This document shows positions 1 through 12,350 of a DNA stretch of 64,000 bases, in pieces (positions within the stretch are counted from its first letter, which is position 1; each line of letters begins with the position of its first letter). The position numbers were made by a program, and so were the translations under genes. This DNA is from Camelus ferus (lineage: Eukaryota), in contig NC_045697.1 in the NCBI RefSeq assembly GCF_009834535.1, forward strand, positions 6,636,001-6,700,000, in the 5' to 3' direction. The notes beneath the pieces are model-generated. The model saw nothing but the letters and a program-made list of their open reading frames with translations. It was not told the origin of the DNA and made no database searches.

Positions 1-56
1 AGTTGATGACTTCCTCTGCCCAAAGGCAATGTCAAAATAGAAGAGCAAGGACAAAA

Positions 57-493
57 TAGTTAAGGTTCTTAGAAGAACAGAAATAATAGGACACACATTC
101 TCTTACACACACACATACACACACACATATTCATATATATATGAATTTTATTTTAAAGAATTGGCTCATTCAGCTATGGATATGGCAAATCTAAAATCTT
201 CAGGGAGGCAGCCTGGAAATTCTACCAAGAGTTGATGCTGCAGTCTTGAGTCCAAAGGCAGTCTGGAGGCATCCTTCCTCATTGGGGGACACCAGTCTTT
301 TCTCTTTAAGGTTTTCAGCTAATTGGAATAAGCCTACCCACATCATGAAGGATTATCTGCTTTACTCAACATCTAATGAGTTAAATGTTAATCCCATTTA
401 AAAATACTTTCATAACAATATTTAGACTGCTGCTTGACCAAAGAAGTAGATACCATAGCCCAGACAAGTTGACGCATACAATTAACCATCACA
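57..493 (-). mobile_element. MLT2-family ERVL solo LTR with internal (CA)n/(TA)n
   Basis: Ends in ...caagttgacgcatacaattaaccatcaca, the reverse complement of the MLT2 start TGTGATGGTTAAT. Also carries the typical 'gaattggctca', 'cagtcttgagtccaaaggcagtctggaggc' and 'tctgctttactcaa' blocks. Confidence 0.85.
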
Positions 494-2214
494 AGAAGTG
501 TTATGTTCTGCTAAGAACTTCACAGGAATTAGAAGTTCCCGAGGGCAGCTAAAGAAGCTGGAAGTAGTTGTGGAAAAGTGGTAGAAGTAGCAGAGCTCAA
601 GATATTTGAGGCTGTCTTAGAGAGGGGGCCCTGCGCAACATGATAGAAAGTAATCAAGAATGAGAAGACGCCAGTGAGATTTCCCCAATATTATACGAGG
701 CAAAGTGGCTAAGTATGCCCAAATATTTATTATTTTAGGAATATCATTCTATGGTGTGTTCAGTAAAATCCTTACCTGTTAATCCCAAACCTCCAGTAAT
801 CTCTGAAAAGTATTTATTTTGTGGTCACTTTGGAGAACTAAAGGAGAAAGGGGCTGTCTGGATATCTGAGTTGTATGACAACAAATCCACTATAGGAAAT
901 GAGACAGAAATGAGACCTGCAGTCCAGCAGAGGAAGGAAACTGGAGCTAGAATGGAATAGGAGGTGAAGTCACTAGACCTCTCATGGCAGACGATGGGTT
1001 CTCTACTTTATGGAGAATGAGGTATAAGCTATTTTATTGAAACTTCAGGACATGTGACCTCAGAAGACAAGAACATTTAAGGATACTTAGGCGAGTGACA
1101 TCTGGGTTTCAACATTTTGCAGAATTTCTGGGATAATTAAATTAGGAGCATATCTCCAGACTTAGACAAAGCCTAGCACATAGCAGGGACTCAGTAAACA
1201 GCAATGTTTGTTGTTTGTACCTTCACCATAAGCATTAACATGTAATAGTTATTTGTGAACATGTCTTATCTGTCTTATCTTTGTGATTACTTTGTAATTC
1301 CTAAAATACAGAGACTGTGTCTCACCGGCCATTTCATAAAGATTCATAGACACTTGTGACTTGAAAGCACAGTGCAGAACACCTGGGAGACACCAAGATG
1401 AACCCACTGATCTCTCACATGGATTCATAATTTGAAAGGGGGGATAAAGTGCACATAGATGATTTCAGTGATTTCAACTACGAGAGTTACAAAGCAGCTT
1501 CTCAAACAGTGGCCCTTGATTTTTTTTTTCCTTGACCCATACAAAGCTTTAATGTTTTATTTTTTTCAATTTGGTTCAATATTTCAAAATCTGGAAGTTT
1601 TACATAAAAATCAGGAATTCGTTGAAGTTTCTTTTGAAAAAATGGGAAATGTGCCTATTGTAGTCCCAGTACCAATGGGTCTTTAATAATGTTAAATGAA
1701 TTAAATGAGTTAATGAATAAATTAAGAAATAAAGAATGACTAAGTGTAGTCACCAGTATATCAAAATTCTGTTTGCTCTAAGAAAGCAAGAACTGTCTGT
1801 CTTGTATGTCTTTATACCCACAGTACATCAGAACATAACATTGGCTCAACACACATTTATTGACTTAACGATGAGTCTTCCCATGAAGGACAGTAGGTGA
1901 TCTGCAGAACCTGTTGATTTGAAAGCTCTGCTAGATGCCAAGGGAGGTGTCTAAAAGTAGCCTCCTGCTCCTTTGACCATATTTATGAGAAACTGAGGGT
2001 CTATTTAATGCCATGGGCCAAGAGGAAGGAGTCAAACCAACAGGAAAGGGACAAATTGTGATCCAAATTCCCAAAGATACCTTCATGGAAAACAACATGG
2101 AACTATGTCAAGAATTGCAACAATACCATTAATCGAGAGCTTGAAGGATACCAACTGCTGAGCTAAACATGTTTACATGCAGCCCATTTAATCGCTCCAA
2201 CAACCCAGTGGTTT

Positions 2215-2670
2215 TATGTTTCAGTTATCTATGACAGTAATAATGCTGCAAAACACAAAGCTACAAAAGCCACTGTAAGAGATGATTATTGCTGGAGTTT
2301 GATGAAAGAAAACAAGGCAGTTCTGGTGATCATAGCCAGCTCACTCGTGTCTGAGGGTCAGCTGGTTATTGGCTGATCCAGCCAGACTTTGGTTCGAGTG
2401 AGTCTACTCCACGTGCCTCTCATCCTCCAGCAGGTGAGCCCCAGGATGTGCTAGCGGTAGTAGCAGACCTGCAAGGGCACAAGCAGATCTGTATTAGAGC
2501 TTTATCAAGCCTCCATTGGGATTATATTTTTCATGTTATATTGGCCAAAGCGTATCACTAGGCTGGTCCAGATTCACAGGGTAGGGGGACAGGTTGTGCT
2601 TCTTTAGTGAGGAACTTCATAGTTGCAGGCAAAGGGTGTGAATACTTGGAGGATGAAGAATTGTAGCTAC
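2215..2670 (-). mobile_element. Old MaLR LTR (MLT1H-J-like)
   Basis: Blocks 'tcagttatctatgacagtaataatgctgc', 'ctccacgtgcctctcatcctccagcagg' and 'tattggccaaagc...tccagattca' match the MLT1 reverse strand. Confidence 0.65.
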
Positions 2671-2671
2671 T

Positions 2672-2795
2672 GGGGGGCTGCGTATAGCTCAGTAGTACAA
2701 CACATGCTTACCAGGCACGAGGTCCCAGGTTCAATCCCTGGTACCTCCAGTACAATATATTTAAAAAGTTAAAAAAATAGAAATTAATAAATCTA
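2672..2795 (+). mobile_element. tRNA-Ala-derived SINE (camelid Vic-1-like)
   Basis: ggggggctgcgtatagctcagtagta (A box)...catgcttaccaggcacgaggtcccaggttcaatccctggtacctcca (B box), followed by an A-rich tail. Confidence 0.8.
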
Positions 2796-3334
2796 TTACA
2801 AGTAAGTTAAATTAATCCAATTTTATAGGGAAACTAAGGCTTACATAGTCTTCTCCCCATAAAATTGTGGTGGAGTTGCATTTCAAACCACACTCTCTCT
2901 AGTTCTTGGTCACATTCGCATTATCATTGTCCTAATTTCAAGGGACATCGATACTCTATGAATGTCAAAGATAGAAGTCCCTGTGCTCCAAGCAGAAAAT
3001 CTTGAGACAAATAATTTTTTTCTCTGCAAGAACTTGGAGATATGGTGAAGAAAATGAATCTCTTCAATAAAACACACTGGATATTGTAAACGGAAATGGA
3101 GAGCAAAGAGGGGAGGTGCCCAAAAGGAAGGAGAGTCATGTAAGCACTAAATGGAAGGAAGTAGACATTTTCCTCCCAAGAGGTGACATTTGAGGGGACT
3201 TGGAAGGTGAGAGGAGTTCACTGATAAGAGAGGAGGGGAAGAGGCATCTTGGCAGGGAAATCAGTGCAGGTTTATAGAGGTGAGAAACAGAATGGAGCTT
3301 TCAGAATTGAGCTGAATGCTCTGTACTCCTCAAG

Positions 3335-3515
3335 CACAGGTCCTCCTACTTTAGTGCGTCAGAATTACCTGGAATCCTTCACAGAAAGACATCTCTGGGA
3401 TTTACCTTCAGGGGTTTCAGATTTAGCCTGTCTGGCCCAGAGGCCAGCATTTACCTTTTCATCAGCTCAGTGACTCTGACTCAGGTGGCACATAAACCCA
3501 TAGTCTGAGAAACAC
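3335..3515. mobile_element. MER5-family hAT-Charlie MITE (diverged)
   Basis: 'cagaattacctggaa...ggtttcagatttag...gtgactctga...tgagaaacac' follows the MER5 layout. Confidence 0.55.
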
Positions 3516-3933
3516 CCTACCTGTGAGGTGAAAGTAGCAGAGAGAAGATGGGAGATGATGTGGTCAAGTAACTGCGGTCAAGACCTTTCAACAGATCTAG
3601 AAAATCACATTGAGGGATTTTGAGTTCACTTTGCATGCAGTGAGGACCTCTTGTGTGGTTAAACCAGAAGGATATTATCATGAGACTGAACTGTTCACTG
3701 CCCTCACAGTATGGTGCTCAGATTAGGACTGGGAGAAATGTGAGTAAGAGACATTATTTAGGAAGTGACTGTGGTAGATCAGGAGGGTCACCATCAGGGA
3801 CTCAGATGATGCTGACGTATCAGATAATTGGTTTCTGGCTATGATTATATGTTGAATATACTCAGTAATTATGTGCTGAATGAATGTTTCAAATGTAAAA
3901 TGTGTGTATTTGGGGTGGGAGAGATTATGGAGA

Positions 3934-4658
3934 TTTTTTTTAAATTGAAGTACTGTCAGTTACAATGTGTCAGTTTCTGGTGTAGAGCATAATGTCTTAG
4001 TCATGCCTATACATACGTACATTCATTTTCATATTCTTTTTTATTAAAAGTCACCACAAGATATTGAACATAGTTCCCTGTGCTATACGGAAGAAACTTA
4101 TTTTTTAATCTATTTTTATATATAGTGGCTAACATTTGCAAATCTCAGACTCTCAAATTTATCCCTCCCCATTCCCTTTCCCCAGTAATCATAAGATTGT
4201 TTACTATGTCTGGGAGTCTGTTTCTGTTTTGTAGATAAGTTCATAGTGTCCTTTTTTGTTTTCTTTTTTTTTAGATTCCACATATGAGTGATATCATATG
4301 GTATTTTTCTTTCTCTTTCTGGCTTACTTCACTTAGAATGATGATCTCTAGGTCTATTCATGTTGTTGCAAATGGCATTTTTAAAAATTCTTTTCATGGC
4401 TGAGTAGTATTCCATTGTATACATATACCACAATTTCTTTATCCAGGCATCAGTTAATGGGCATTTAGGTTGCTTCCATGTCTTGGCTATTGCATATAGT
4501 GCTGCTATGAACATTGGGGTGCATGTACCTTTTTGAATTAGAGTTCCCTCCGGATATATACCCAGGAGTGGGATTGCTGGATCACATGGTAAGTCTATTT
4601 TTAGTTTTTTTAGGAATCCCCATACTGTTTTCCATAATGGCTGCACCAAACTACATTC
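3934..4658 (-). mobile_element. 5'-truncated LINE-1 (ORF2 C-terminus, 3'UTR, poly-A)
   Basis: Poly-T then L1 3'UTR on the + strand. ORF 4329..4724(-) reads [60 protein letters not shown], the L1 ORF2 C-terminus. Confidence 0.95.
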
Positions 4659-5834
4659 AGGGTGGGAGACATTAAGCACTTTCACAATACCAGCAGTACT
4701 CACAAATTGGAGTTGAACATACATTTGGTGGACCCTAATTTTTGGTGAGCTTGATGTGGATAGTACCTATTCACTCAAAAATAAATCCCCTACCTGAATT
4801 TAACCTCCTTTCAATACAATCTTCTTGGAGGGAATGTAGCTCCTGTATTGAAAGATTGTTAAACATACGTATCTTCTTCCAAGATTAATTAAGCAATCTC
4901 TCTGGGTCCATTCTATTAACCTGTAATTAGAATGTAAATATGCTCACGCTCCATGGCACACATTTTAATTACATCTCACTGCAAGCTGATATTACACACA
5001 CCACAGGAAAATAAGACAGGAGGAGGAATCTGGCTGCAGAGAAAAGCATGGCTTGGGCTCCTGGCCTGGCTTCCTGAGCATGGGGGCTCTGGCTCCTCAT
5101 CTCCTCTTTTCCAGTGCCTCCTGGAAGACTTTCCCATGAAAGACAGCAGGAAGGAGGATTTGAATGTCAGGATAGTGTGCAAAATAATTTGGCTCAAGTC
5201 TATCAAACAGGCTTACTTACCTTTTGTAATTTCCTCCTCTTGCCCTCTGTGTATTTCTGCTCAGAACCAATGACCTAGGATGCACTCACCAGAAATCATA
5301 AAGAGCTTGGGGAATGGCAGGACAGGAATTAGTTTCCCATTTTACAGATGCAAACACTGGGACTTGGCAACAGGATCAGAATCTGGCTTTTCTGATTTCT
5401 AGTCCCATTCCATCCTAGGATGCTCTTGTTGGTCTAAACCCAACAGGTGAGTGTAGATCCTAGACCATGCTCTTAGAAACTGTGTAATGGGATATATTAA
5501 CTTCCCAACCCCCCTCCACCCATATACTTAAGGGACATTTTCTGAGCACCAATGAGCCAGTGTTAGAGCTAATGCTTCTAAGGGGAGCCAGTTCCTGTCC
5601 TCACTGAGTTTCCAGTCTAAAATTAATTAATGACGCTTTTGATGAGTGTTATAATCACAAATGAGAATTATAAGGTCTTGTCAATATTCTCATCCATCAA
5701 AATGAGAATGTTCCCTATCTTAACAGGACTCCCTGTTTCTGCTTTTAGCAAGCATGCATAATGGTGACTTTTTGTTGTTGCAAAGCAAGGGATTTAGGAA
5801 AGAAGTGTGAGAAGGAGGTTAGAGGGGAAAAAGA

Positions 5835-6240
5835 GAACTGAGTTAAGTGGTGACCCCCCAAAATATATGAGCATGTCCTAGTCCCCAGAGACTGTGAGTG
5901 GATGAGAATCTTTGCAGATCTCATTAAAGGTCCTGGATTACCCAGGTGATCCCTAAATCCAATGACAACTGTCCTAAAACCAGACACACGGAAGAAGAGG
6001 GGACAGTTGTGCAAAGATAGAGGCAGAGATTGGAGTGATGCAGCCACAGTCCATGAACACCTGGAGACACCAGAAGCCGAGAGAAGCAAGGAGCATTCTT
6101 ACCCAGAGACTCTGGAGGGAACGAGGCCTTGTGACATCTTGGTTTTGGATTTCCAGCCTCCAAATCTGTGATAGGATAATAACTTTGTTTTGTAAACCAC
6201 CCAGTTTGTAATCATTGGTTAGGGCAGCCTGAGACCACAG
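5835..6240 (+). mobile_element. MLT1B/C/D-type MaLR solo LTR
   Basis: Blocks 'ccctaaatccaatgaca', 'gaggcagagattggagtgatgcagccaca', 'ttccagcctcca' and 'aaccacccagtttgt'. Confidence 0.85.
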
Positions 6241-6841
6241 ATATAGGAGCCTCAGCAGGCAGGTGGCAAGAAGCATGGAAGGAGGCACTTACTCCCAGGT
6301 TCATGCAAGCACCAGGGTGGCCATTGCAGGAACCAAAGAGTGAGCCCCAGGCTAGTTTGCCTTGGTGCATGGAAGGACCTATACCCTGTAGATGCTCAAC
6401 AGAGGTTTCTTTGATTTTATATTTTTTTTGTCATTGACTCCCCCTCCCCCCTTTGCGGTCAGTGTCCATCATATGATTATTAAGAGGAAGAGATCCAGCA
6501 ACATTCAGGTGTTCCACTCTTAACAGGGCATACCTGATCTCATACCTAGTTTCTGACCTAGGAGACGTAATTCTCATTTCACAGGTGAAAAACTGGGGCA
6601 GAAAGGTGATGGGTGACTTTTCAATGCATTGGAGCCAGGACTAAAACCTGATGTCTTGACTCCAGCCCAGCCAATATGGCTGATTTTTTAGCCCTTGACT
6701 AACATGTAGGCTTGTTATTTCTGCTTTCTTTCTGACCACCTGCCCATGTGCTATTCACTCTTTTCGATTTGGAGTTAAGATATTCTGCCTTCAGGTGGCT
6801 CTTGGTCTAGTAGAGGGGGCAAGGGCTAGAATAAAGCATTT

Positions 6842-6962
6842 AAAAGAAAGGAAGGAAGGAAGGAAGGAAGGAAGGAAGAAAGAAAGAAAAGAAAGAAAGA
6901 AAGAAAGAAAGAAAGAAACCAGAAAAAAGAAAGAGAAGAGAAAGAAGAAAGAAAGAAAGAAG
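6842..6962 (+). repeat. Compound purine microsatellite (GAAG)n(GAAA)n
   Basis: Directly visible tandem GAAG then GAAA units. Confidence 0.95.
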
Positions 6963-8685
6963 ACGCAAGAATGAAAGAAGCCGTAATCCGCCAGAACGCC
7001 AAATACTCCAAAGTGCATTACCCCGGAGCATGTCCTGCCGCACGTCGGCCGCACTTCTCACTCCCGGCCGCCCTGACCCCCTCCCGTCCCACCACTCCTT
7101 CCGTATCCTTCTGCTTGCTTGCCTCCGTCCTTCCTTCCGGAATGACGGAATCAAAGGGATAGGATAAATATTATATAGAAGAATAAGTGATCATGAGGGA
7201 ATGCCTGGACCCAGAACCCTGCATCTTGGTAAACAGGAACATAGAGCCACACAATCCAAGTGGGAAACACCCTAGTTTCTATGTGAATTAATTCGATCTG
7301 AGTCTACTTCTACTCTGGTTGGACCAAGAAGCTGTCTTATATCTCTTTTTCTGTTGAGCTTCAGTGTTTAAAATATCTTCAAAGCAAGCTAGGAAATAAC
7401 TTTCCATTTTGCCAATGTTTGCTTTTCAGTGTTTTGAATGAATCTTCTTTGCAAACTGCTAAGTTAATTGAACCACCACCATTTCAGCTGAAAAAACATT
7501 CTGCTTTGCCAGAGCACATTCGCTTGTGTACTCAACTTCACCAATGAGGGGGCCAGCACTGGGGGAAATAATTGTTTTTAGCCTAAATGCCAAGTGCAGA
7601 ATGAAAAGTTTTTTTTTTGTTTTGTTTTGATTTGTTCTCTTTTGGGGAGGATGGGCTAACATTTGAAGGGCCCACATCACACTCCTTAGAGACTGTATTT
7701 TTCTTAGTTCAGATATGCGAAGGATGAGTAGCTCAGAGAGGTCAAGTGAGGCTGCCCAAGGTTACAGACAGAAGAGGTGCAGTCAGGGTCCCCACCCAGG
7801 TTGTTTCATCCAGCAATGCCACATTGGCTCAGGCTACAGGCTAACCTTTCAGACACTAGGAGAATTTAATTTCCTCCCTGATAGCTGTGATTTGATTCAA
7901 TTAAAAACCTGAAATTAAAACTTAGTTCTATATGATGGCTGTGCCCTTATTTGATGTCTTGTGTTCCATATATGCCATTCAGCCCTTCATTCATGAGGGG
8001 CACTTACCAAAAAATGCTCTAAGAATACTCTCAAAAAGAACATCGTAACTTTGAGATTTATTTCAACAACTTATTACCTGCCCTTAAAAAAATCCAACAT
8101 ATTCTCTTGGAAGATTAACAACACTAGGTTTTCTCATCAAAAACCAGGTTCTATAAGTATGATACAGTTCTAGAAATGTACTGGCAAACAGTCAGATTCT
8201 CTCCAAGTTCAAAACATGACTTAGGACATGCAGGAAACATGTCCACTGGTGTTACAACATGATGGGGACTGAGACGAGGTACAAGTCACCTCTGATTTAA
8301 GGGCCGCAAAGGGGCACTGACACTTGAGACATGCAATGCAAGCTCTTGAAAAACGAGAGATGGGATGTTGACCTGGAACTCACTTTGAAAAAATACTTTT
8401 ACTAAAAAAATTGAAAATTTTGCTCAGATCAAGGCTGAGCTTTTTAATGTTTGAAAGTTACCTACATTTGGGAAAAAAAGAATCCTCTATTTTGAAGTTA
8501 AATGAACTTTTCTATAATTGGGTAGGTTTGAGATATGAGTGACTGAATGACATAGCCAAGAATTATGTGTGTCCCCTACACAAACACCTAGCTTGATACT
8601 TTGGCAAATGGAATGCAGTTACTAAAACTTATTGAACAAAAATTAGGTTATATTTAAGTAATTGGGAATCTTAATACTTTATGAG

Positions 8686-8850
8686 TGTCTTCATCCATTG
8701 AGGCTGTTATAACAAAGCATCATAGACTGGGTGTCTTATAAGGGCTCCAATTCCATTCATGATAACTCCATCCTCATGGCCTAAGCACCTCCCAAAGACA
8801 TCATCTCCAAATCCCAACACACTGAGCATTAGAATTTCAACATAGCAATG
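8686..8850 (-). mobile_element. MLT1A-type LTR with internal deletion
   Basis: 'ggctgttataacaaagcatcatagactgggtg' is joined directly to 'cttataagggctccaattccattcatga...cacctcccaaag...aatttcaacat'. Confidence 0.7.
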
Positions 8851-9084
8851 AGTTTTACTTACAGATTCCAAAGTCAGAAAGTCTTATAAGCAAATAAAGA
8901 AAAACACTGTTATTCCACCAAATTAGCTCATGGAGATCCCTACCTTGGAGACATTAAGTGTGTAATACTCCCAACCACCTCTCTTGTAGACAGAAACTCC
9001 AAAGACTACCCGAATACCTGATCATGCGTATTTCTATAAGGCCCATTGGAGTCCAGATTGGATAGGAATAAATCATTTTAAGAG

Positions 9085-9320
9085 TGTAATAGCTAATAGC
9101 TGTGTAATAGCTGTAACATTCCAGGCACTCTTATGAGTGTTTTATGTTAGTGTGTTTAACAGACAGCTCCATTTCAACCCTATGTATACCATTTGCAAAT
9201 GGAGAAACTGAGACACAGAGAGGTCCGTTAACATTCCCAATATCAACAGGAAATGGCGGGGCTGGGGGTCAGAACCCAGACCATCTGGCTTTTTAAGCAC
9301 TGCTCACGTTGCTTCTTTAA
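9085..9320 (-). mobile_element. MIR SINE
   Basis: 'catttgcaaatggagaaactgagacacagagagg...cccaa...gaacccag' MIR core. Confidence 0.8.
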
Positions 9321-11209
9321 CTTACACACGAAATCCTGAAACCCAGAAGGCTGCCCAGCTTCCTTTGTAAAATGTTAAACCAAAGTCTTCTTTAAATGGT
9401 GGACATATTACTTTTAAGTTTATTTTCCTGTTGTTGTGTTTATTATTAATTACTGTGTTTCACGGATTTTACGTAAACTATGAAGAATAATGGCCACTTA
9501 ATTCTGGGAGATGACAATGCTCATTCCGTCTTGTGTAGGAGAGCACGGAGGCAGCAAGGGGTTAACGATTCCACCGGAAGTCTCAGAGTGAGTAAGAGGG
9601 AATGGCTGGGTTTAAATCAAGGTTTCTTTTGTTTGTTTGTTTGTTTGGGTTTCTTTTTTTGACCACCAAGATGAATTTTTTTTTAATTACAAACTATAAG
9701 CATGTTGACTTTTAGCTTATAATTTTTTGTATATCCAAAGCCTATCCTAAAACAGGAGGTGACGATGCTCAGAGAGGCTGGGCTGCATCTGTGACTCACA
9801 GTGGATCATCCCTCTCTTGGCTTCAGCTTCCATTCTCAGGAAGAGCCTCCTGTACGTGCTTCTCCTCCTGGTCCCTTCCTGGGCTGGCGGTCTGTTAAAA
9901 TGTGCCATTCCATTAATTCTTCCCCCCTCTCTCTTATTTTCACACTTGGCCTGTTGGTGTCTGCGTGCTGCAGTGGGCGTGTGCTGGGGTGAGGTCTCCC
10001 AGGCTCAAGTGTGCGGATGCACACGGCCCTTGCTTTAAATGAGCTCTGTTGTTACACAGAGCACTGTGGGCTGCTTCCTTGTTTGGCTCTCATCTTCCCA
10101 CTGACAGCTATAGCTGCAGCCTTCTGTTCGTGAGCCTGTGTTTAGAGCCCCTGAGAAGTACTGTAAACTTGCTCTTGTGTCGAAGGCACATCGTAGCTGG
10201 AAAGGAGAACTGAAGTGGACAGGAGCCCCACCTGGAAGAGGGACTCGGGTGGTAGTGAGTCCCATGGTGACTCATGGAAGGAGTTTCTTGTATAAGTCAA
10301 GGGGGAGCCACTGCGTTCCAAACGCCCTTGTTCAGAGATAGCCGGCTGGTGGGCGTGTGTTTCTCACAAGTGAGCATCCTTTGAAACACGGAGGTTTCTC
10401 CGCTGTCAGAAGAGGCAAGCCTCCCTGAATGTGCCTCTCCTGTGCTCTAGACACTTCGCCTGCCTCCTGGATGTCAGTCGTGGTCCTCTGACTCTTGAGG
10501 TTCAGAGAGGGCTGGTTGGACTCTGAAGCCCTCCCCAAGGTTTCTGTGAACTCCCCGGGGTCCTTGCATCTCAAGGTCACTTCTAGCTCCAAAATGCTGC
10601 CCCTCCCTGGGCAACGTGTACTCCTTACTTTTGTTGACTTCAGAAGTGAAACTCATCCTTTCCTCTACTTCGGAAAAAAAAAATCACTACAGTAACACTA
10701 ACAACAAATTATTTATGAGTGAAGGACCAGAACAGGAGGAAGTATTTTAGAAAAAATGAGTTTGCACAGCAGCAATGGATAGAGGGTATCTTTGCTCGGA
10801 GGAAGCCTTCCTGCAACCTTGTCCCACTCGCAGGGCGAAGCTGGGGCTCTGGCCATAGTATTTGTGTGCCCCATCTGGTCTCCCAGCCCAGGGGCTTGGA
10901 CCACTGGAGAACAGCAAGGCCGCCCTGCGTGGGGGGCTTTCTCCTCCCCTTTCTGACCTTCGTGCTCTGGCTGTCCATGTCCACCCTCCAGAGATGCCCA
11001 GGCATGGCTCATTCTTTGCTCCAAGTCTCTGAACTCAAGCCCAGTCTGACTTTCACTCACTGAGACTCAAGTTTAAATATCGCAGGTACCCACCTGGGGA
11101 TTGGGTCACGTGCATACAATATCCCATTTAATCACCGTCAAAATTCTCAGATGCAGGAATTAATACTCTTCTACTCTTTTAATTATAAGGAGAAGTTTTA
11201 GTTTGGAGA

Positions 11210-11475
11210 GCAAAGCTGACCCTTCCACTACCACAGTGGGTCCTAGGGTCCGTTTTCGCTTGGAAGGGCCCACAAAAACATTTTCATTTCTTCTAAAATC
11301 AGAAGAAAAGTAATAAACTTTAGGTCGAAGAAAATGTTTCAGCATACAATATTGATACAGTTGTCTTCAGGCCAACACACTCATAACTGATCACTTTTAA
11401 TATGTTTCTACGGAGCAGGAGGCTCATGGAGGTTAATGTGCCAAGTTAGGCCCATGGACGTCACTGCGGGTCCTT
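11210..11475 (+). mobile_element. hAT-Tip100-type MITE (ORSL-like)
   Basis: 'gggcccacaaaaacattttcatttcttctaaaatcagaagaaaa...ctttaggtcgaagaaaatgttt' plus a degenerate '...ggcccatgg...gcgggtcct' end, recalled as the ORSL consensus. The family name is from memory. Confidence 0.6.
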
Positions 11476-12119
11476 GTTTCAGAGATGAAGTGAATTTCCA
11501 TGCCATTGAACTACTAGTGGGTAACCTTGATCTTTAGTTCTGGTCTTCTCGTTTTAGAACTAGAGTTTATTCCTTGAAAAACTCCTCTGTTCATCTGGAC
11601 TATCTGGAGACTCTATGGCTCACAATGGACATTCAGTCTGAACTGTGAAACTGGGATTTCAGTCTTCCTGTCTCTGTAGTTTTCCCAGAGCATGGAGGTG
11701 TCGTTACCGACACGTGTTCACCTCTTTCACGTAACACTTACCTTATTAGGCAATGTGTTCCAATGACAATTTCATCTGGGAAGAAAAGCTATCCACAATT
11801 TTGCAGTTTGGATAAATCTTTGCAGCATGGATTAAGGTTTGCAGAAGGAAGGAAGCTGTACTGAGGGTGCAGCCAAGACAGTTGTGTACTCTCCTTGGTC
11901 CACTTGGTCCTTCTGATTGGGGGTCATTGTAGGTAGCTCCCCTGTTAGCAGGATCAAATTCCTTTTTGATGACTAGCTGGAGAAAAATTCCTCTATAAGG
12001 ACACCATTTGATGTGGAAACCTCCATGAATGCAGTACAATGAGGTTCAATGCATACGGGAGCCAACTGTCTGGCAGCTCAAAGTCAGAGCCTTCTGGCCT
12101 GGGTGAGGCTGCATAGTGT

Positions 12120-12350
12120 TGTGCTATTGTCATTGATCATGTCTGTCGAGGTCTTATCATCCAGGGTCTGTACACACTGTTTTACTGCCATCTTCTCATT
12201 TATTCCTGGAAACAGCCTCTTAAGGTAGCTATGAACTCCCGTTTTGCAGATGAGAACAGTGAAAGCCAGCAAGTTGAGGAACTTTCCCAGCATCACTATT
12301 TGCTTAAATCCAGCAGGACTAGAACTCTCCCAGGCATTTGATGCTTCCGA
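12120..12350 (-). mobile_element. MIR SINE
   Basis: 'catttattcct...cccgttttgcagatgagaacagtgaaa...aagttgaggaactttcccagcatcac'. Confidence 0.7.

Larger units (their letters stand above)
2120..2920 (-). mobile_element. MIR SINE split by an MLT1 LTR and a younger SINE
   Basis: Left half 'catttaatcgctccaacaaccc' (about 2120-2210) and right half 'ccaattttatagggaaactaaggct' (about 2810-2920) are consecutive MIR core segments. Confidence 0.55.

Noticed and set aside
2672..2750. tRNA-like sequence (also 12700-12776)
   Set aside because: Stems are degenerate and each is followed by an A-rich SINE tail, so these are SINE heads rather than tRNA genes.
4329..4724. 131-aa ORF with real protein similarity
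   Set aside because: It is the C-terminus of L1 ORF2 in a 5'-truncated copy, not a host gene.
6791..7154. Phe/Leu/Ser-rich membrane-like ORFs
   Set aside because: Translation of the (GAAA)n microsatellite.
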